Shown one piece after another: positions 1 to 9,588 of a stretch of DNA of 64,000 nt. The notes beneath the pieces are model-generated. The model searched no databases. It saw only the letters and a program-made list of their open reading frames with translations, and had not been told where the DNA came from. The stretch covers positions 62,001 to 126,000 of the IMG/VR virus record IMGVR_UViG_3300034050_000451. One strand, 5' to 3'. The number at the start of each line of letters is the position of its first letter. Within the stretch, counting starts at the first letter, position 1. The position numbers were made by a program, and so were the translations under genes.

Positions 1-54
1 TTCATTTGGTTCGTTAACTTCTTTCATTATATTTTTAAGAGTCTTTATGTTCAT
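1..54 (-). CDS. 5' end of a gene running off the left edge (MNIKTLKNIMKEVNEPNE...)
   Basis: Its ATG overlaps the TGA stop of the gp15-like gene (ATGA at 51-54) and the frame is open to position 1. Confidence 0.6.
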   Translation of the reverse strand, partial: MNIKTLKNIMKEVNEPNE

Positions 55-1133
55 AGTTGTTCAAATTTTCCTACAATATCCACTTCATCATTTATATCAA
101 TATCAAATCCTAATGTATTATTAAATGTAAAAACGATTTCATTTGTAGTTCCGTTAAAAGAATAACTATAAGTTGATGCTGGTTTAAATTCTGAATTAAC
201 ATAAACTCTAAACCAATTTAAAGTATCAAACGAACCAATTAGTTCATTTGGTAATATTGGTTTTCTAACATTTGTTAATTTAACAACACCTCTATTTACC
301 CCACCAGTTATACCTACAAATTGTGCTGCTTGAGAACCCCTTATAGCAACAAAATCTATAACAAACTGATATTCATTATATATGTTAGGATTGGTGAACA
401 TAGTACCACTTAAATCCGTTTCTACACCCCATACAACTTTCTTTGGTGTGAATGATTTTTTAACAACTGGTGCCTCATCACGAGTTTCAGGAAGTAAATA
501 TGCATTTACCACCATTGTGAATGTTGTTCTTATAATTCTTTCCGAACCCTCTCCAACTTCTTGTTGATTATCAAACGAATCAATACGAGTTCTAAATTTG
601 AATCCATTTTCAGTTCCCCAATATCTATCAGTTGCGTATTGAAATTGTTCAACAATTTTATTCATATGCTCGGTGAATGATGACCACACCATTACCTCAT
701 AAGTTACTGTTACATAGTCGGGTACCGAAACTTCATATTGTTCATATGCGGGTTTTGTACCACTTTGTAATGAAAATCGTTCGTATCTATTTGTTTTAGA
801 GTATCTTACATAAGCAGGTAACGTATTAACATCTTTGAATTGAGCCATAGCGGCATCTCTTTCAATAGAGTTTCGTTTGAACATTACTAATGGTATTTGA
901 ATCTTACCTCTAGCATCTCTCAAATACCCATCTACTCTAGCGTTTTTCCAACGTTCTGCATTACCATATATAAGTGGTACTTTAACCGCATTACCATTTT
1001 CTTCCACATCAGGAATAATGGTATCTACCATATACTCAGCTATGGTAGTATCTATATCAATAAGTTTTACACCTTTAGTGAACTCTTTAGATATCGAACG
1101 CTGTAAACCTCTATTTGTTTCTTTTTTATTCAT
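51..1133 (-). CDS. gp15: Tail completion / sheath stabiliser protein (T4 gp15-like)
   Basis: KVPLIYGNAERW and VPDYVTVTYEVMVWS...MNKIVEQ pattern; follows gp13/gp14-like genes. Confidence 0.7.
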   Translation of the reverse strand: MNKKETNRGLQRSISKEFTKGVKLIDIDTTIAEYMVDTIIPDVEENGNAVKVPLIYGNAERWKNARVDGYLRDARGKIQIPLVMFKRNSIERDAAMAQFKDVNTLPAYVRYSKTNRYERFSLQSGTKPAYEQYEVSVPDYVTVTYEVMVWSSFTEHMNKIVEQFQYATDRYWGTENGFKFRTRIDSFDNQQEVGEGSERIIRTTFTMVVNAYLLPETRDEAPVVKKSFTPKKVVWGVETDLSGTMFTNPNIYNEYQFVIDFVAIRGSQAAQFVGITGGVNRGVVKLTNVRKPILPNELIGSFDTLNWFRVYVNSEFKPASTYSYSFNGTTNEIVFTFNNTLGFDIDINDEVDIVGKFEQL

Positions 1134-1588
1134 TAGATATCTCTCATTTCAGTTTGTATAGAACTTCTACGTGTCATAAATGTAGAACATATAATTGAGA
1201 ATTTTTCTCCAGTCTGTCCACCAATTAATTGGTCCTCTCTTACATTATCAATTTCAAAGTATGCATTATTATGAGAAATAATATCTCCAATTTCTGGATA
1301 GAATCCCTTTCCCTCTAATGTGAAACGATTAAAACGGAATTGTACAGTCTGTCCACTATCTGGTCCAAATCCTTCATACGAAATACCAGTATCATCTCTC
1401 TCAATTACAGCAGTACATTGTGTTCCTTGAAAATACGATTTATTTAAAGATTCCCCATACAAATTTGTTTTCATATCAGAAATGACAAGTTTGTATAGAA
1501 CTACAGTTGTTTCAATAACTGCATCTACCAATTCTCTTGATATTCCTTCAAAAAATCGGATATCTCTATCTAATGCAAATCTTGGCAT
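1133..1588 (-). CDS. gp14: Neck / head-closure protein (T4 gp14-like)
   Basis: NLYGES, YPEIGDII and YFEIDNV motifs; lies between gp13- and gp15-like genes. Confidence 0.7.
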   Translation of the reverse strand: MPRFALDRDIRFFEGISRELVDAVIETTVVLYKLVISDMKTNLYGESLNKSYFQGTQCTAVIERDDTGISYEGFGPDSGQTVQFRFNRFTLEGKGFYPEIGDIISHNNAYFEIDNVREDQLIGGQTGEKFSIICSTFMTRRSSIQTEMRDI

Positions 1589-1589
1589 A

Positions 1590-2738
1590 TTATCCTACAT
1601 ATATTAGTAATGGAATTTTTTTCAACATCTCTTGCTGATGTTCTGATTCCTGAGCCTTAACTTCGAATTGGTTTTTTCTACTCAACTCCTCTAAGTTTTC
1701 TCTCAATTGTTCCATTAAATTATCCTTTTCAGTTTGAGCTTCAGCTCTTAGAGCAGCACCATCTAATGAAATTTCAGAACCTGGAATTGGAACTGAACTA
1801 TATTTTTCTCTAATTGCTCCTAATAATTCCTTAGCAAGAGCAAGTGTATATTTTCTAATCCATTGTCTACCAACATCATTTATACTTTCATATTGAATAA
1901 AACTATATCCAATATTAGCATAATCAGAAACTACATTTGGCTTTACCTTTGTAGAATTGGTTACAAATTCATCGGATACAAAATATTCAAAATATAATTT
2001 ACCAGCAGTAGTTGGTATAGGGAATATTTGTAATTTGTTGTTAGTAATATTAAAGGAGTGTGCTGATTTTCTAATTTCATCATTAAATTCAATTGCTTGA
2101 ATTCTTAACATATCTTCGAAAATTGGCATTAAGATAAATTGAGCTGCTGGTGAGAATGAACCAAATCCAAACTCATCAATTAAGTTAAGAGTTCCCTGTC
2201 CACTTACTGAATACGGGTCAAAGAATCTATTGATTGCAGGTGTTGGTTCGTGAAATACTTTTGTTATTTGTATTCGCTTTCCAGACTCGCTTACATCAGC
2301 AAATAAAGTTTGTAAATCGTAATTTTGTTGTCCACCCACTAAATCAACACTACCTTTTTTGATATCAGTACTTCCACCAGCACCAGCTAATGTACCATAT
2401 GCCTCAACAATACCAATAAGAGTTGGTAAGAATGAACCTTCAACAAATTTACCAGTGTAATCGGTACCAGTTGGATTACCCTTAAGTACATCCAAATTGT
2501 TTCTGATATTAAATTGATTTACCTGTGCACCGTATTCAGATACGGATTCTTCGAAACAAGCAAATAAACTTGCATCTACTAATTCCACATTTTGAATTGG
2601 GTATCCCAAACGAGTAGCAACCCAGTGGGCTACCTTTGGAGCATCTTCACTAAATTCATAATCGTTATCATAAGTTCCAAATGGAGTTTCTCCCGGAAAG
2701 AATGATGATGAACCTGGGTATATGTATTCTATTGCCAT
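1590..2738 (-). CDS. gp13: Neck / head-tail adaptor protein (T4 gp13-like)
   Basis: RLGYPIQNVEL at the N-terminus and WIRKYTLALAKELLGAIREKYSSVPIPGSEISLDG at the C-terminus. Confidence 0.8.
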   Translation of the reverse strand: MAIEYIYPGSSSFFPGETPFGTYDNDYEFSEDAPKVAHWVATRLGYPIQNVELVDASLFACFEESVSEYGAQVNQFNIRNNLDVLKGNPTGTDYTGKFVEGSFLPTLIGIVEAYGTLAGAGGSTDIKKGSVDLVGGQQNYDLQTLFADVSESGKRIQITKVFHEPTPAINRFFDPYSVSGQGTLNLIDEFGFGSFSPAAQFILMPIFEDMLRIQAIEFNDEIRKSAHSFNITNNKLQIFPIPTTAGKLYFEYFVSDEFVTNSTKVKPNVVSDYANIGYSFIQYESINDVGRQWIRKYTLALAKELLGAIREKYSSVPIPGSEISLDGAALRAEAQTEKDNLMEQLRENLEELSRKNQFEVKAQESEHQQEMLKKIPLLIYVG

Positions 2739-2767
2739 TTACTATTCCTTTCTAATTTTATCTTACC

Positions 2768-2775
2768 TATAAATA
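2768..2775 (-). promoter_or_regulatory. Putative phage late promoter (TATTTATA on coding strand)
   Basis: Recurrent TAYTTATA motif, about 30 nt upstream of gp13. Confidence 0.6.
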
Positions 2776-2818
2776 TAAGAAAAAAAAGAATAGTGGTTTA
2801 GAATGGGATTATATAAAA

Positions 2819-4768
2819 TTATGCTATTTGAGTTACAGTCACAATTACCGATGGTGTTGCGGGTCTAGTTGGTGATACTTGCGTTCCTTTATATTGCAAT
2901 TGTCCGTTTGCGGTTGTTTTTGACCAATACAATTCTACATAACTTCCGGATGTAATTGGAGTTAAGAAGTTTAATGCTGCCACTTGGAATCCACCACCAC
3001 TTACCTTTTCAATAGAGAAATCCGTATTTGAATTAGCTATATTAGAACCTGTCATAGCAAACCAAACAGAAAAATCACACGACTCGTTTGAGGTGGTATG
3101 TAATTGTGCTGAAAATTGAATGTTATATAATCCGTTATTTTCTACATAAATTCTAGTTGGAAATCCACTACCATTATTACCAACATATATACCTTCAAAT
3201 TCAGGAACCGGCACTTCCAACTTCATAGCGTATGCCGTATTAGCAGAACCAGTTTGAGTTTCTAATGAAGCCCATTGTCCGTAGTTGAATTGTTTGTTAC
3301 CATCCTTATAGATAGAACCACTTACATATACTGAACCACTTATATATTGTGAACCATTAAATTGATTTGAACCAGTTGTTGGTAAATTACGAGCTCCATT
3401 TATACTACCTGTTAAATTAAAATTACCACTTTCTCCAAAAGTCCATTCTCTTAAAGGAGGTCCGGCTTTGATTTTCAATGTCTCATTTCCTACACCAAGT
3501 ATAATTTGTGAGTTTGGTGCTACATTTTCAGCCGAAGTTCCAATTCTAACCGAATAATTTTCATCATCCGCATATATTTCACCAAACCCATTATTTAATT
3601 TTAAGATACCATCATCACCTAATACTATACTATGTTCACCCACTTTAAGTTCTACAGAAGCATCTGAACCAAGTTGGTAATCTGGACTTTCTATAGTCAA
3701 AGGATATGCTGGATTAAGGGATACAGATGAACCAAATGCAATAGTTCTAAAAGACTCTCCAGATGGGACATAATTACCAGTTACCGTCCTTATTGTACCA
3801 TCATAAAATCTAATTATCCATCCATTTTGTACTCCACTACTTTCTGCATTATCAGCTACAATTAATCCACTACCATTCAAACCAGTACCACCATAATAGT
3901 CTTGTGCAATTGTTATTTGTGTACCAACTGTCTCAACACTACTACCTGAAATTATATTGCCTTCAAATGTTAAAGTAGAGTCCAACAATATGGATGTACC
4001 GGAAGTTCCACTTGTACCACTTTCACCGGATGTGCCACTTTCACCAGAAGTTCCAGATGTACCATCTACTCCACTCGTACCACTTTCGCCAGATGTGCCA
4101 CCATTTCCAGATAAACTTGTATAAGTTACTCCATTTAATATAATAGAACCAGTCATTAGTAAAGAACCAGTTAAATTAATATCACCATTAGTAATGTTTA
4201 ATGAACCAGAAGTTAATCCGCTACCCAATGAATTATATCCAATATTAATATCACTAGGAAAATAACTTTTACCATCATAATCAAATACCCAATTAGATTG
4301 GAATGAACCTGATTTTTGAACTAATATTGCTGCAGTAGGTCCATCTGAAACAGGATATGAATTTAATTGATTTGCAAAAAAGGATGCATCATCAGATACA
4401 TTCGTAGGATTAGTAATAGCTCCAATTAATAAAGTTCCATCAGATGTTAGAAATAGTGGAGCTCCATCAGAACCGGTTACTCTTAAACCAAAAGAAGGAC
4501 CTCCAATAAAATTTACGTCTCCTATTGTAAGTGAAATATCACCACTACCACTTATTGTTTGAGTTCCAGTAAAAACGTTAGAACCAGTTGTTGCCAACGA
4601 ATTACTATCTGCAAATACCGAAGTACCAGAAGTTCCATTTACACCCGATGTTCCAGATGTACCAGCTACACCAACTACATCAGGTAAGTGAGATAACGAT
4701 ACTTTACCATCACCATCTAACGGAGCGTATCCATTTACTTTTCCTCTATTTATTTTACTTTCAAACAT
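2819..4768 (-). CDS. Fibre-like virion protein with collagen-like G-T-S repeats
   Basis: NGYAPLDGDGKV N-terminal motif, two Gly-X-Y tracts, TGSNxFxGxQxISGS modules and a beta-rich C-terminal domain. Confidence 0.7.
   Translation of the reverse strand: MFESKINRGKVNGYAPLDGDGKVSLSHLPDVVGVAGTSGTSGVNGTSGTSVFADSNSLATTGSNVFTGTQTISGSGDISLTIGDVNFIGGPSFGLRVTGSDGAPLFLTSDGTLLIGAITNPTNVSDDASFFANQLNSYPVSDGPTAAILVQKSGSFQSNWVFDYDGKSYFPSDINIGYNSLGSGLTSGSLNITNGDINLTGSLLMTGSIILNGVTYTSLSGNGGTSGESGTSGVDGTSGTSGESGTSGESGTSGTSGTSILLDSTLTFEGNIISGSSVETVGTQITIAQDYYGGTGLNGSGLIVADNAESSGVQNGWIIRFYDGTIRTVTGNYVPSGESFRTIAFGSSVSLNPAYPLTIESPDYQLGSDASVELKVGEHSIVLGDDGILKLNNGFGEIYADDENYSVRIGTSAENVAPNSQIILGVGNETLKIKAGPPLREWTFGESGNFNLTGSINGARNLPTTGSNQFNGSQYISGSVYVSGSIYKDGNKQFNYGQWASLETQTGSANTAYAMKLEVPVPEFEGIYVGNNGSGFPTRIYVENNGLYNIQFSAQLHTTSNESCDFSVWFAMTGSNIANSNTDFSIEKVSGGGFQVAALNFLTPITSGSYVELYWSKTTANGQLQYKGTQVSPTRPATPSVIVTVTQIA
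3992..4108 (-). repeat. Collagen-like repeat, 13 Gly-X-Y triplets (mostly GTS/GES)
   Basis: GNG GTS GES GTS GVD GTS GTS GES GTS GES GTS GTS GTS. Confidence 0.9.
4619..4672 (-). repeat. Collagen-like repeat, 6 Gly-X-Y triplets
   Basis: GVA GTS GTS GVN GTS GTS. Confidence 0.85.
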
Positions 4769-5414
4769 TTTCTATTGTTTTTTGGAAATATCTTTCTATT
4801 CTTTTACTCAAACGAACTCTTACATCTGTTTCGGTTCTGCCTACCACATCGTATGGTAATAAAAAACCAAAACTTAGGAAAACTCTTCTTGATTTGAATT
4901 CGTTTGTCCAATGTTTGTATAACGATGCTTCAAATCCGTATAAATCACCTTCATTTATAGTTATAACATCTTTATCTAAAAACAATTCGTAATCCTCTGA
5001 TAAAACACTTATGTTACATTTATAATTAACATATCCTTCAACTGCCGCATCATAGTGAGGATTTATCTTCCCACCACTATTCATATCTACCGCTTGTAAG
5101 AAGATATGATTTTTAGGAAAATGGAATTCTTTTGCAATCCTATCAATGATACTATGAATAAAATCAGGTAGTTTCTCTTTTGAAACATCTGATACGGATT
5201 GGAACTTTGTAATATAATTTGTAAAAGGTGTATCCGAAATATCGAACATATAGGATTTACCTTTTAGTTCTTTTGATAATTCCGAAAGATGATGATTAGC
5301 ACCATTACCACTATGGTCAATCGAGTCTATCCAATTTATTATTTGTTTAGACTCGGTAGGTGTAATAAATCCCCTTTTTATTTTATAATTACTAAAATCC
5401 AAAACTTTTTCCAA
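4761..5414 (-). CDS. 2OG-Fe(II) oxygenase superfamily protein
   Basis: HxD (PHYD), distal His (YKHW) and Arg (SRRVFLSF) in a DSBH-type pattern; TTG start. Confidence 0.7.
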   Translation of the reverse strand: MEKVLDFSNYKIKRGFITPTESKQIINWIDSIDHSGNGANHHLSELSKELKGKSYMFDISDTPFTNYITKFQSVSDVSKEKLPDFIHSIIDRIAKEFHFPKNHIFLQAVDMNSGGKINPHYDAAVEGYVNYKCNISVLSEDYELFLDKDVITINEGDLYGFEASLYKHWTNEFKSRRVFLSFGFLLPYDVVGRTETDVRVRLSKRIERYFQKTIENV

Positions 5415-5652
5415 TTTTTTTCAAACCATACTTTGCTAAAAACTCTTTTGGGTTCATTGCCTCTATTATAGTTAATTCAGCAGAACTCATCATCTGATTA
5501 GCTTTTTCTTCGGTAACTGCCATTACACACAATTTGTGAGTTGCAGGTAATTCTCCGCTTGGTGATAAATCTATTTTTAAGATATTATCATTTTTCATTT
5601 TTTCTCTTGCTTGCTGAACTTTTGATTCTTCGCATAATATACATATTCTCAT
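5392..5652 (-). CDS. Hypothetical protein, 86 aa
   Basis: Co-oriented ORF filling the gap and overlapping the oxygenase start. Confidence 0.65.
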   Translation of the reverse strand: MRICILCEESKVQQAREKMKNDNILKIDLSPSGELPATHKLCVMAVTEEKANQMMSSAELTIIEAMNPKEFLAKYGLKKIGKSFGF

Positions 5653-5667
5653 ATTTCTTTCGTTTTA

Positions 5668-8328
5668 TTAGTCTATTGCTTCGGTGATGGCTTGAGTTAT
5701 ATAGAATTGATTACTATCATCTAACGCAGTTAATACAATCGTTCCATCAAATCTTCTTTGAATAGTTTTGTTATAATTTCCATAAACCATTGGGGCTGGG
5801 TGTAATTCAGTAACTGTTAATACTAAATCAGTAGTTCCACCAAATGAACCAGATGCTATTGTTATAGTATCATCCACTTCGTATAGATTTCCACTATTTG
5901 TAATTGCAATATTACTAACAATACTTGATGCAACAGTTACTTCAAATACCGAACCCGAACCAAACCCTGCAGTTGAACCAGTTAAATCTGAATAAACTCC
6001 ATCAGTTCCATCGGTTATCGAAGATGATATGGTATTGATTACCCCTAAATATGTGGTAAAATCATAATCATCCAATTCCGTTTCTATTCTATTATATTGG
6101 AAGTCATTACCTATTCTATTGTATGTAAATCTATCTCCAATATTGTTATCGTAGAAGTATTCTCCGATTATATTGTCAGTAAAACTATTTCCAATTACAT
6201 TACCTCTATACGAACTGCCACCAAATCCAAAACCATCACCAATCATATTATCAGTAAAATCATTTCCAATTTTATTACTTTTGAAATCATTAGCAATGGT
6301 GTTATCAATAAAATTATTTAATATAAAATTCTCCACGAACCCATTACCAATATTATTTTCAATAGTATAATCACCAAATATGTTACTGATACAGCCTTCT
6401 CCTATATCGTTTCCGGTAAAAATATTACCAATAGTATTACTATTAAACCCATCTCCAATTTCATTTCCTACAAATGCATAACCAATTTTATTTGAGATAA
6501 AACTACCTGAAATTAAATTTCCTTTCATCTCATTACCTATTTGATTGTACTCAAACGATTCTAGTTCACCATTATTTACTATTGTATTCGATTCAAAATC
6601 ACTTTCAATATTATTGTGTAAAAATTCATTATTAATAGTATTATCGTAAAAACCACTACCGATTACATTATCCTCAAAAGATTGGCTAACAATATTATCA
6701 TAAAAATCATTACCGATTTTGTTTCGGGAAAAATTCGTATCACCATAATCATCAGACTCTCCTATATCGTTATTTCGAAAACTAGAACCTATTTGATTAT
6801 CTTCGGTCCAACTGTAAAAGTTATTATTATAAACTTCATGTCCTATTATTGTATTACCTAAGAATGATGAAAAGAAGTTATTATTATAAACCTCATCCGC
6901 TATTGTATTTTCTCTAAATTCATTGTAGGTCTTATTTCCGTAAAAACTTTCACCTATTCTATTATCACCAAATTCACCACCTAACACATTATTATAAAAC
7001 CCATTAAGAGTATTTTTACTAAATTCATCAAGTATGATGTTGTGGTCAAAACCTCCGTTGATTATGTTATAATAAAAATCATCATCTGATGTGTAGAAGT
7101 TATTATAGAACTCACCATTAATGATATTGTAATCAAAATCATCCTCATCCTCATCTCCAAAATGATTATTGTGGAACTCACCACTAACTGTGTTGTATCT
7201 AAAATCACAAACAATTATATTATTGTAAAAACTATCTTTGATTATGTTATTATCAAAATCGTTATTAATAATATTATTATAAAATCTATCCATAACTATA
7301 TTAGAGTTAGAACTAGCATCATTAAATGTGTTATTTCTAAAAACTTGTGAGAATGAATTATCTCTATAAGTGTTTTCACCTTTGAATACATTGTTTGGTA
7401 ATAGGAAAGTATTTTCATCCCATACCGTAAATGCAGCCGTATTTGTAGATGTGTTATTAAAACAGTCTCCTATATACTCAAAGGTTGGTATTTCTATTGA
7501 AGCTGAATTAGATAGGATGTTATTTTGTTTCCAAGACACTCCTTCTAATAGATTTGCATCTAACAAACGAGTATCACTAGGAGAGTTATATCTACTTCCA
7601 GTAACAACCATACGATAATCATCTTCAATTGATACGATTTCATAGTAAAATACAAGAGGGTCATTATTGATATTCAAAACACCAACAACACTTCCAGTTG
7701 TGAAATTTTCAAAAAATGTTCCACTACCGGTGATAAAAGCAAAACTACCAGATTCTTCAACAGAAATAGTTCCATCATAAACATCTTCAGAATAATATGC
7801 ATCATATCTTTTGAAAAGAACTTCTCTGAAATCGTAATCCATTTCGTTTCCTTGATTATCTTTTCTATATATAATTCTACCAAATGCAGGACTATCAGTT
7901 ACTTCGGTTTGATTAAATGTAATATCGTATTTAATATTATCATTTGGATATTCGGGTTGATATGCATCTGATGCCAAAGAACCGGAGTCTAATGCGAATA
8001 CAATTATAGGTGAAATACTACCTGTTCTATAATTACCAACTTGAATTGAGTTACCATAAACATCATAATCCGGTTGGTCATAACAAGTCCTAAAATCGGT
8101 AATCTTATAGTAAGTACCAGGTGTTAATGAATCAGTCGCTAATGAAGCGGTTAATCCATTATAAGTGGTTTCTACTAATCCACCACCAGCTCCACCACCG
8201 GTTAGATTACCTTCACTATCTTTTGCTTTGATAGAGCCATTTGTTGTATCTATAAACAAATTATACCCACCTTCTAATGGAGTATCTAAATCTGCGGCTA
8301 CTTGCCCTTGTAATTGAATGTATTGCAT
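5668..8328 (-). CDS. Fibre/spike-like virion protein with an Asn-rich beta-helix repeat region
   Basis: LTPGTYYKITDF motif and a long run of approximately 11-aa N-x-I-G-x-x-F-x-x-N repeats. Confidence 0.7.
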   Translation of the reverse strand: MQYIQLQGQVAADLDTPLEGGYNLFIDTTNGSIKAKDSEGNLTGGGAGGGLVETTYNGLTASLATDSLTPGTYYKITDFRTCYDQPDYDVYGNSIQVGNYRTGSISPIIVFALDSGSLASDAYQPEYPNDNIKYDITFNQTEVTDSPAFGRIIYRKDNQGNEMDYDFREVLFKRYDAYYSEDVYDGTISVEESGSFAFITGSGTFFENFTTGSVVGVLNINNDPLVFYYEIVSIEDDYRMVVTGSRYNSPSDTRLLDANLLEGVSWKQNNILSNSASIEIPTFEYIGDCFNNTSTNTAAFTVWDENTFLLPNNVFKGENTYRDNSFSQVFRNNTFNDASSNSNIVMDRFYNNIINNDFDNNIIKDSFYNNIIVCDFRYNTVSGEFHNNHFGDEDEDDFDYNIINGEFYNNFYTSDDDFYYNIINGGFDHNIILDEFSKNTLNGFYNNVLGGEFGDNRIGESFYGNKTYNEFRENTIADEVYNNNFFSSFLGNTIIGHEVYNNNFYSWTEDNQIGSSFRNNDIGESDDYGDTNFSRNKIGNDFYDNIVSQSFEDNVIGSGFYDNTINNEFLHNNIESDFESNTIVNNGELESFEYNQIGNEMKGNLISGSFISNKIGYAFVGNEIGDGFNSNTIGNIFTGNDIGEGCISNIFGDYTIENNIGNGFVENFILNNFIDNTIANDFKSNKIGNDFTDNMIGDGFGFGGSSYRGNVIGNSFTDNIIGEYFYDNNIGDRFTYNRIGNDFQYNRIETELDDYDFTTYLGVINTISSSITDGTDGVYSDLTGSTAGFGSGSVFEVTVASSIVSNIAITNSGNLYEVDDTITIASGSFGGTTDLVLTVTELHPAPMVYGNYNKTIQRRFDGTIVLTALDDSNQFYITQAITEAID

Positions 8329-8332
8329 ATTT

Positions 8333-9097
8333 TTATATTATTGTTCCTGTTCCGTCTATTGATGAATTACCTATTAATATAACTTCTCCACCCACACTTA
8401 TCTTACCATTATTTTCAATAACACTATCTTTAAGTAATAGATTTCCACCTATAAATAGTGTTCCTTCTTTTTTGAATGATTTGTTTGCGGAGTATTCTAC
8501 TTCTTCATCACCACCTTCAATTAATAAAAATCCGTTTTCTAAAATATAATCTCCCGAAAAAGTTAATTGTTCTGTTTTTCTTATTAAATATGAATCGTAT
8601 GTGTTATTCCAATTTGTATTTGCTGATAAATTTGTTAGTTGTCTACCATCTCCTAAATAAGCCGATGCTGTTAGTGCTGCCGTATATTTTACAGTCTTTT
8701 GTCCACCAGCATTATTCTCAATTGAAAATGATGAAGTTTCTTGCGTTACCGCATCTACGAAAATAATTGAACCTTGTGATATATAAAGGTCTTTCCAAGC
8801 ATTTGATGGTGAACCTAAACTAAATGAAGATGTGAATGTTCCTTGTCCAGTTGCCGGTACTAATGAACCACTAATTAGGATTGAGCCACTTATAACTTGC
8901 TCACCTCTAAAGGTATTCGAACCTGTGATTGCAAATTTATTATTTAATGTGGCTTGTGATGCTGTATAATCATTAAAAGAAGATGTTGTTACTAAGAAAG
9001 ATAAATCACTATCTTGTGCAGAATCTCCTTTTGGTCCTTGAACACCAACCGATGATATAGTTACTTTTGTTAAATTTTGTGTTACTTTTATTGCCAT
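8333..9097 (-). CDS. Fibre-like virion protein
   Basis: GVQGPKGD short collagen motif, ITGSNTFRGEQVISGS, FSLGSPSNAWKDLY and YLGDGRQLTNL fibre-type motifs. Confidence 0.65.
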   Translation of the reverse strand: MAIKVTQNLTKVTISSVGVQGPKGDSAQDSDLSFLVTTSSFNDYTASQATLNNKFAITGSNTFRGEQVISGSILISGSLVPATGQGTFTSSFSLGSPSNAWKDLYISQGSIIFVDAVTQETSSFSIENNAGGQKTVKYTAALTASAYLGDGRQLTNLSANTNWNNTYDSYLIRKTEQLTFSGDYILENGFLLIEGGDEEVEYSANKSFKKEGTLFIGGNLLLKDSVIENNGKISVGGEVILIGNSSIDGTGTII

Positions 9098-9098
9098 T

Positions 9099-9482
9099 TT
9101 ATCTCGTTACGTTTTTAGATAATTTAACTTTACCTTCCAATAATCTCGTAACTTCACACCCTTTAACCACTTCTAAATCATAAACTGCTTCACCAAAATC
9201 TAATAAAGATGATGAATATGCTGATATATAGATACCTATTGAACCACTTTGTATTGGTGTTATACCATTTGAACCACTTAGATTAATACCCGTTCCACAA
9301 CTATCCGAAAGTGATGATGATAGTGATAACAATGTTGTTGTTGACTCTACGTGCGGACGTATTTGCATTCTCGCATGATAACCACTCAAATCAATTGCCG
9401 AACCACTTTCATCGGTCCAATCAATTTGAAAATTAGTTGTTGCTCCTTGCTCTATTACAAATGAGTATCTTCCTGCTGCCAT
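9099..9482 (-). CDS. Small virion adaptor-like protein
   Basis: IEQGATT...IDLSGYHARMQIR...AVYDLEV...RLLEGKV pattern, common upstream of phage fibre genes. Confidence 0.6.
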   Translation of the reverse strand: MAAGRYSFVIEQGATTNFQIDWTDESGSAIDLSGYHARMQIRPHVESTTTLLSLSSSLSDSCGTGINLSGSNGITPIQSGSIGIYISAYSSSLLDFGEAVYDLEVVKGCEVTRLLEGKVKLSKNVTR

Positions 9483-9502
9483 TATAATTGATGTTTAATA
9501 CT

Positions 9503-9510
9503 TATAAATA
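9503..9510 (-). promoter_or_regulatory. Putative phage late promoter (TATTTATA)
   Basis: Motif 20 nt upstream of the ATG at 9482. Confidence 0.6.
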
Positions 9511-9540
9511 TTGTAAAATTTAGTAATGGAAAAAAAAGCA

Positions 9541-9571
9541 TAAAAAAAGAGGAATAGTTCCCTATCCCTCT
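9541..9571 (-). terminator. Rho-independent terminator after the DUF2589 pair
   Basis: Minus strand AGAGGGATAG-GGAA-CTATTCCTCT followed by a T-run; near copy of the 11024-11053 terminator. Confidence 0.85.
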
Positions 9572-9588
9572 GATTTTATAATAAAATT

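Noticed and set aside
3992-4108. Short tandem DNA repeats as a possible CRISPR array or VNTR
   Set aside because: They are in-frame 9-bp Gly-X-Y codon repeats without spacers
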